In this document: positions 57,083 to 64,000 of the stretch, piece after piece
How positions within the stretch are numbered: position 1 is the stretch's first letter
Layout of the letters: every line of letters starts with the position of its first letter
Assembly: GCA_951406725.2 (NCBI GenBank)
Contig: OX597818.1
Coordinates: forward strand, 81,344,001-81,408,000
Source of the DNA: Octopus vulgaris
Taxonomy: Eukaryota
Direction of reading: 5' to 3'
DNA: 64,000 nucleotides
Notes under the pieces: model-generated
Database searches by the model: none
What the model was told of the DNA's origin: nothing
Seen by the model: only the letters and a program-made list of their open reading frames with translations
Program-made: the position numbers and the translations under genes

Positions 57083-58689
57083 AGTGTTTGTGTGTCTGTG
57101 TGTGTGTGTGCAATGTAACCATGCGAGCCGATGCAACTTACGAAAACCAGGTCGTGACAATAAAGCCGATAAATTCAGCAAGTTTATCTTGGTAGATAAA
57201 ACGAAGCGGAATGCATATAAAGGTCTGACGAAGAAGCGTGGAACTATGATGAACCGACGGTCATACAGTAATATACATATGTGTATGTGCATATATATGT
57301 GTATAAGCTGCCAAAAATACTGCAATGTTTGTTAAAATTGTTTTACGCTATTTTATGCACTTCAGACATTTAGAAAATAGCGATTGTGTTGCAAATGTGC
57401 TTGATATGCTGATAATTGTTTTTCAGTGAATGCAAAACTTCGGCACTTTTCAAATTGTAAACAGACTGTGGATATTTTATTAGGTCGCTCGCTGTATTAA
57501 GTGCGATTACAAAAATGAAATCACTCCGCATTCGTAGTTTTGGTGAGTAGAGGGTCAGTAGAGGGTGAACTTGGCTATAGAGCTCGTCAGTAGAGGCTAT
57601 AGAGCTCATCAGTAGAGGTGAGCTTGGCTATAGGCGATAACCTGCTGGTTAGCTGCAAGTAGCAGAACTGGATCTAATAGAGGCAGAAAATGCAGTTCAT
57701 ATATTAAGTTGTCGGATAAAGTTGCTCTTATTTCTTTTTTTAGTTATTTTAAGGCTTTCCTGTGGTATTTGAATTGACACGATAAATATATTTATCGTAA
57801 TATTTACAATATTTTATTTCTTGTAACTCTGTTCTCCTCTATTACTTTTGTTTATCGTTTCTCAAATCTGAATAAATTTTGCCTCTTCTCAGATATACGA
57901 CAATGCAAGTTCGAGTTAGCTGTGGATTAGTGGAAGAATTAAGTCCTCTGCATAAGAGTTAGTGTTGTGGGAGCTAAAATAATAAGGCAAAGAGTATGTA
58001 GAATATAAATGATCCCGAAGAACATCAGACTTTAAAAGATAGTGTTCCTAAAACCAGCAAGTCCTAATAAAAGATTTGATCAAGCACAGAGTTAGTCAGT
58101 TGTACGGCTAGGTCCACACGTTTAAAAGTCTGAATATGCCATATCCTCATTGTTGGAATATTATATTGCACATTCTAACTTAAAGTGGTTGGTTGTATGT
58201 GGTACAATGTCACAGTATTGACAAGCGTACACTCTCGTGTGTTGCTAATTTTTTTTCATATGTCTGTTGATTCTGGCGGTTACTGCTAGAGATTTGGACG
58301 AGGTCAACGCTGTTCGAACGCGGTATATGACCTTTTCTGCATTTCGTATTGATACTTTGCATCCATAAACAATCTTTGTGGCCAATGATATTACTGGCTC
58401 TGGTGCTATTTTCGAGTGTGATTTTATTTTAGTTTGGTTTATAATAACAGAGTTAATGAGTATTGTCTTACTGTTAAATTCATTGTGTATGAGGTGTATT
58501 CCAGAAGTTAAAAAAAGTTTTTTAGTAGAGGCAGTTATAGCTGTTGTAGATTATGGTTCTTTTAGTATATCATTTCTTTACATCTGATAAGCTGACCTGT
58601 CAATGTTTGTTATTCCAGACTGAAGAGACGACTGTTACAGCACTTTGAACTAAAGACTCTTTGTCGTAGCTGATTAGTTTGTAGAATGC

Positions 58690-59460
58690 AGTTGGAAGAT
58701 TTGGAAGCTCATGCAATAGTCGTTTGTGTTAAACTGGGCAAAAAAAAAACGCTACAGAAATTTATGAAATGTTCTCAGACTACTTATGGAGTAACCTGAA
58801 TCAGTCTAGCAGCGGTTTTGGCTGGTTTCGGAGGTCCAAGGACAATGAGAAGTGTAGGTGGGGAGAGAGTGACACCAGAGTATCAGAGATTATTGAGAAA
58901 ATTCGCTGTTTTCTTAATGAAGACCATCGTGTACCTATAAAAGTCGATCAGTATACAGTTTGGAATTCGTGTTCTCAGGGTGCTCAGTAACGGGCGTCCT
59001 GACAGCCAACTATTTGACAGAGAGGGGCATATCCAGGACTTGCTCCTTGTGACTTTTAGGTGTTTTCACTGGTGAAGGAAAATCTCAAGAGTAGTCATTT
59101 TCAAGATGAAGTAGGCTGTGAAAAAGTCCTGCACACCTTCAATTTGGAGGATTTCTTTGGTGGCTTCAAAATTCCTATTTTGAAGGAGACTAAAGTTTTG
59201 TATTTACTGAAATAAATAAATGTCTCTCCCAAGTCAGGAGCTGGCAGAACGCTTTCGTTCGTTTTAACGTTTTGGATTTAAATTTCGTAGAGGTCTGCTT
59301 TGCCTTTAATCCCTTCGGGGTCGGTTTAGTACCCGTTGAACACTGGAATCGATATCATCAACTTACTCCTTCTCGAAATTGCTGGTCTTGTGTAAAAATT
59401 TGAAACCAAAAAATGCCTCATCTGAAAACGTCTGAAAACCTCTGGAATGCACTTTGTATG
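58690..59460 (+). mobile_element. Decayed mariner with a nested SINE (about 59232-59410)
   Basis: VCVKLGK.ATEIYEMF N-terminus; SINE block GAGCTGGCAGAA..TTTGCCTTT.ATCCCTTCGGGGTCG. Confidence 0.5.
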
Positions 59461-60269
59461 CAGTCACAAAAAATGAGTGTTGGAACTTAGTGTTATAGAA
59501 AATTCTGTCCCTCGCATTTGCAGTTGGACTTTACTTTCAAACGTTTATTTCGTTATGTACAAGTGTTTGTGTCTTACATGATAAGAACTACATGGTCTTT
59601 TTCGTTGTATAACTCTTCCTTAGTTATTGTGAAAATATTGTAAGGTCAGACTAGGCCGACTTAATCTATGTTGGGTTTAATCTTCTTTGTAGTGGGTAAT
59701 GGGGTATAATTTCTCCCAACACTAAACCAGGAATTATGACGTAGCAACCATTATAATTGCATCATCTCTCCATCTAATATAAATAGTGTATTCTTCCTGG
59801 TGAGTCCGTTTCAATTCTGGATCACAGATCTCACTTACTAGTCAATTGATTACTGACCGTCGAACAAAACATCGTAGTGCTGCAAGCTGTACTGCATATT
59901 TGAATTTTTTTGTACTAAAGATATGGCCAGAGTATCTTCTTTGCCTAAGTTATGTTGGCAAAGGAAATATCATTGGAAATTCTGAAATTCAAAGAAATTC
60001 AAAAGTGAGGTATAGCAGGTCGGTTTGCTGGATGGTGGTGGTGGTGTTGACAGTGTGTGTGTGTGTGGGGGAGATAATGAGTCACTTATGATATAACTTA
60101 CAGGTTTCTATAAATAGAAGAAAAGAAGAATTGGGATTTCAGCACCCGAGAAATATGTCAATATCTGAAAATGTTTTTGCAGCAATGCTTCATGTAATTA
60201 CTGATGTTTAAATAGAACCAAGTTTGAGACAGAAGATCATGCACAAATAATGAACCAAAGAAACAACTA

Positions 60270-60404
60270 AAGCCTGGGAAGCAACAAAAGTCTGGGAAGC
60301 AACAACAGTCTGGGAAGCAACAAAAGTTTGGGAAGCAACCAAAGTCTGGGAAGCAAAAAAGTCTGGAAAGCAACAAAAGTATGGCAAGCAACAAAAGTCT
60401 GAAA
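60270..60404 (+). repeat. 18-bp minisatellite (AAGTCTGGGAAGCAACAA, about 7.5 units)
   Basis: Visible tandem units; they would encode (KSGKQQ)n. Confidence 0.9.
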
Positions 60405-60469
60405 TGACAGAAAACTGGTAGTGAAGAGTGTGACAATATTGATATTAACAATAGATATTTCGGAGGAAG

Positions 60470-60630
60470 AAAAATCTGAGTGCTTCATCTGCAAGAGATT
60501 CCGGAGAAGATACAAAAACAGGAAGAACGCAGTTTGGTTGTTATACCCCATTGTGATGATTACGTTTGTTCTAAGTGTATTTCAAACGGAACAGATGTTG
60601 ACCAAGAGTTCTTCTGCGAGAAGTGTACAA
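60470..60630 (+). pseudogene. PHD-like zinc-finger remnant, probably a pogo-type transposase C-terminus
   Basis: ECFICK..AVWL../HCDDYVCSKC..EFFCEKC across one frameshift. Confidence 0.45.
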
Positions 60631-60717
60631 CATTAGCTGAACTCCGTGAGTCAAATAGATTGATTTTAATCTTCAAAATGACTATTGCACTGTAGACACG
60701 GTTGTTGTTGATTCTAT

Positions 60718-61060
60718 TTTGATGAAGTGTGAATCTAACTTAGGATGTCTCTTATATGTTTCTTTATTGATCGTTTTCAACATTCAACCTCAATTTGTCA
60801 TATTTTTATCCAAATATTGCTCTGCGTTTTGCCCCATTTATGGACGACCCGTTATGCCCTACCGAATATTGAAATTTCGAATTTCTTTTAATTTGATGAA
60901 AATTGAGTCTACCTTCATATGTCACTCATATGTTTTCTTATCGATAGTTTTCAACAATCACCCTGAATTTGTTATGCCTTTATCCAAATACTGCTCCGCG
61001 TTTTCTTCCTTTTTTATACGAGCAATTATGTCCTACGAAATACTGAAATTTCAGATTTTT
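60718..61060 (+). repeat. Diverged tandem duplication of about 175 bp
   Basis: TTGATGAA..TCTA..TTTTCAACA..TTTATCCAAATA.TGCTC.GCGTTTT..TTATG.CCTAC.GAAATTTC occurs twice. Confidence 0.7.
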
Positions 61061-62297
61061 TACAGTAGTTACAGCAGTACATTACGTATGATTCGTCGTT
61101 GGCTTTATTTCGTATCCGAGAAGTTAGTTTCTTCTTTAGTGGGCGCCTCCTTTATGGTGATGGCGTTGAGGACTCAGTAAACCAATTCTTTCATAGAAGA
61201 GTCGATGGATTTGACTACATGGCAATGTTCCAGGAGGACAGGGTTTATTACATATGTATGAAACGAGCATTGAAACTTGCCTCTCAATCCATCAGAAATG
61301 CTTATCAGAATACTGATGGACTTTTGGAGATTGTAAAGTCATGTTAACTGTTACAAGTTGGATTTTATTTGATATTGTTCTCAAAATTTTGAAAACATTT
61401 ATCCATTTTACTCCACCCTATATAATAATAACGTTCTTTAAGATAATTAAATGTGATGATTGTTTGTACATTGCTTTACTTTCCATGAGAGTTGTGAATA
61501 TTGAAGAGATGTTATTTAGAAATTCGAATATTTTTGTCTTCAATCTATGTGACGTGTCCATGTTGTTGAGTCTGATGGATCTAATTCACGTTCTGGTATA
61601 TTTGTTGGTAAGCAGAGAGTTGGTGAATTTAGAAGGAACTGCTATAGGTCCGTTGTTTTGAAGTCGAGTTTCTAGGTGGTAATTGTTGAATATAAGCGGT
61701 TCCTCGACTACATTTGGAGAATGCTGTAAAGATGTGAAAGGTGTAATCTTCGTATTTGTATATCCGTATGCTTCAAGGAAGTGTACGAAGGTCGTACAAG
61801 TGTAAATAAAATAGGACAATATGATATATTCCTTTAGAACCATCTGGAGAATATGTTTAGGTAAATAGTGAAAGAAAGAACATGATTTAGGAAAATTGAG
61901 GAAGAGTCTTTGTAACATGTTTGAATGTTGATTGGTATGTTTGATGTTACTTGATATGAAATCGCGTTGGTCTAGAAAATTGTAAAAATTTTGCTTAGTT
62001 TCCAGATAAGGAAAATTTTGTAGTGTCATTGAGGATGGTGGGTGTAGTGTTTCCTTTATATTGCAACTGTTTTAGGTGTAGCTTTGTAGCTTTTGAGTTT
62101 GAGAGTATTTCCTCGTTACTTTTTTGATTGCAAGAAGGGCTGTAGGATTAGGTGTTGACTGCACAGTTTTCAATCTGCGATTCTATTTTTGTATGAATTT
62201 TGTAGTTGATGTTCGAAAAAGGTCTAATGTAGGAGAATACTTATTGGGTATATAATGAGATATTGCTGTTGAGACAATCCAACTATATGCTCATATA

Positions 62298-63542
62298 TTG
62301 GGTTGGCAACCAAGTTGCCGCGTTTTTTTTTAAATTTTGGAATTTATTGCGTTTTTAAATTCTGGAATCTATTTTGTTTTTTGTTCTAGTTAATTTTAGT
62401 TAATTTTTGTTTATTTTCAGATCATTAAAATGGAATGTCAAATTCAGAAAAAATGAGCATTTTCGACACCTCCTTCTTTTTGCTTTTAATCAAGGTTCCA
62501 AGGCCACAAAAGCTGCTCGCGACATTTGTGCTGTGTATAGAGAGGGTGCCATGGCTGAAAGAACCGCTTGTGATTGGTAGGCCAATTTCAAAAATGGAAA
62601 TTTTAACCTCAAAGACGCACCTCGTTCTGGCTGTCCAGTTGAGTTCAATGAAGAGCGATTAAACCAACTTTTGCCCGACAATTCTCGTTAAACGACAAAG
62701 AAACTGGCAGACAAAATGGAATGCTCTCACACTGCTATAGAGAAGCATCTTCACTCGATAGGAGAGGTTCAGAAGTATACAGTATGGGTTCCGCATGCTT
62801 TAAGTGACAACAACAAAAATCAACGAGCCACACTCTCCGCTGGTTTGCTTGCTTGTCACCACTCAACTCATGGACACAAGCAACGATTTCTTTACCGAAT
62901 CGTTACTGGCGACGAAAAATGGTGCCTGTATATCAATATGAAGCAGCGTAAGGAATGGCTTAGCCCCGGTAAACAAGTGACACCGCGCGTGAAACAAGAT
63001 CTTCATCCGCGTAAAACGATGTTGATTGTATGGTGGGACTGGGGAGGAATTATCAATTACGAATTGCTTGAACGGAACCAAACGGTCAACGCGGAATCCT
63101 ATGTTCAACAGATGGAACGACTCAACACGGCAATTCAAGAGAAAAGGCCTAATCGTCAGCATGGAGTTCTTCTGCAGCACGAAAACGCCCGCCCTCATAT
63201 CGCCTATATGATCATGGAAACTATTCAAAGGCATGGCTGGGAAGTGCTGCCACACCCGCCGTACTCTCCTGATTTGGCACCAACGGATTTCCACCTCTTT
63301 CGATATATTATGCGCGCAGTTTCGTTCATTACTGATGCAGAATTGAGAGCTTGGTTGGATCAAGTTTTCGAGTGGAAATCGGGTGATTTCTACCAACGAG
63401 GTATCGAAAATCTTGTTGAACGTTGGGAAGAAGTTGTAAACAACAAGGGTGAATACGTTATTGATTAATTAGTTGTTATTTTTTATTAAACCTTTTAAAA
63501 ATGTAAATTTAAAAAACGGCGGGAACTTAGTTGCCAACCCAA
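62298..63542 (+). mobile_element. Full-length mariner (mellifera-like), 1245 bp, inactive
   Basis: TIRs TTGGGTTGGCAAC.AAGTT.CCGC / GCGGGAACTTAGTTGCCAACCCAA with TA TSDs; transposase ATG at 62430. Confidence 0.92.
62430..63468 (+). pseudogene. mariner transposase pseudogene
   Basis: WVPHAL, VTGDEKW, LQHENARPH (second Asp changed to Glu) and YSPDLAPTDFHLF; one N-terminal frameshift and two stops. Confidence 0.9.
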
Positions 63543-64000
63543 TATTATGGCGTGAACGACAGCAACATTAACAACTGTTGCAGTAGTTGCAGTTCTCGTT
63601 CTTGAAGGAATGTTGAAGGATGCATAGATATTCACTACTTGAATGATAAAGCGAAGTTATGAGCGAGTCTTTAATAGTCACAAGAGTTCTTGTTAAGTAC
63701 GTTTTTCGCCGAAATCTTCATAGATAGATATTGTGTTTGCAAAAAAACTTTTAAAATAGTTGCATAAGACAGCCTTTCACTCTTCTATTCAAACTTTCAA
63801 TTGCATTATCTTTCTTTGTAATACTCCAATATTAAAAAAAAAATCTATTCACTAGTTTGTCAGACGCAAAGAAGTGGGGGAAGGAGTAAACGAGAGAGAA
63901 TAAAAATTACAGATTCAAATAACACAACGCTGGGCAATTGAGATTATAATCTACCTTCGTCCATTGAGCAGAGAATTCGAAAAATCATAGGGATACTACA

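Noticed and set aside
57553-57632. CTGATGAG/CTGACGAG on the minus strand as hammerheads
   Set aside because: No downstream GAAA or stem III; it is a short local tandem repeat.
57930-58640. Possible PLE N-terminal remnant on the minus strand
   Set aside because: Only vague motif resemblance; not supportable without alignment.
60270-60404. Short regular repeats as a CRISPR array
   Set aside because: Head-to-tail 18-mers with no spacers, no cas genes, and a eukaryotic context.
61160-62230. 147-aa ORF or possible LINE endonuclease remnant on the minus strand
   Set aside because: No clear conserved motifs recognised.
62716-63468. Host SETMAR-like or functional transposase gene
   Set aside because: No SET domain; it lies within TIRs, has upstream stops and a frameshift, and the second catalytic Asp is changed to Glu.

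Overview
AT-rich, microsatellite-dense eukaryotic non-coding DNA. The SINE families and repeat landscape look like an octopus (coleoid cephalopod) genome; this is pattern recognition, not a database result. I found no convincing host protein-coding exon, rRNA, true tRNA or CRISPR array, and nearly all of the ORF track is microsatellite artefact. The window is mostly decayed mobile elements: tRNA-derived SINEs, about nine Tc1/mariner remnants, pogo-type MITEs, non-autonomous Helitrons, Penelope-like elements (PLEs), and non-LTR retrotransposons of the Tx1/L1, Dong/R4, Hero-like and CR1-like types. Three signals stand out. (1) A Tx1-clade LINE appears to target (TATC)n microsatellites: two independent copies have the same junction phase. 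(2) A Dong/R4 element sits in (TAA)n, also with two copies. (3) Several PLE-derived non-coding elements carry minimal type I hammerhead ribozymes: one canonical motif at 25791-25850 (-) and a family with a recurring CUGUGGA core variant. SINE heads, bodies and tails also appear shuffled between families.
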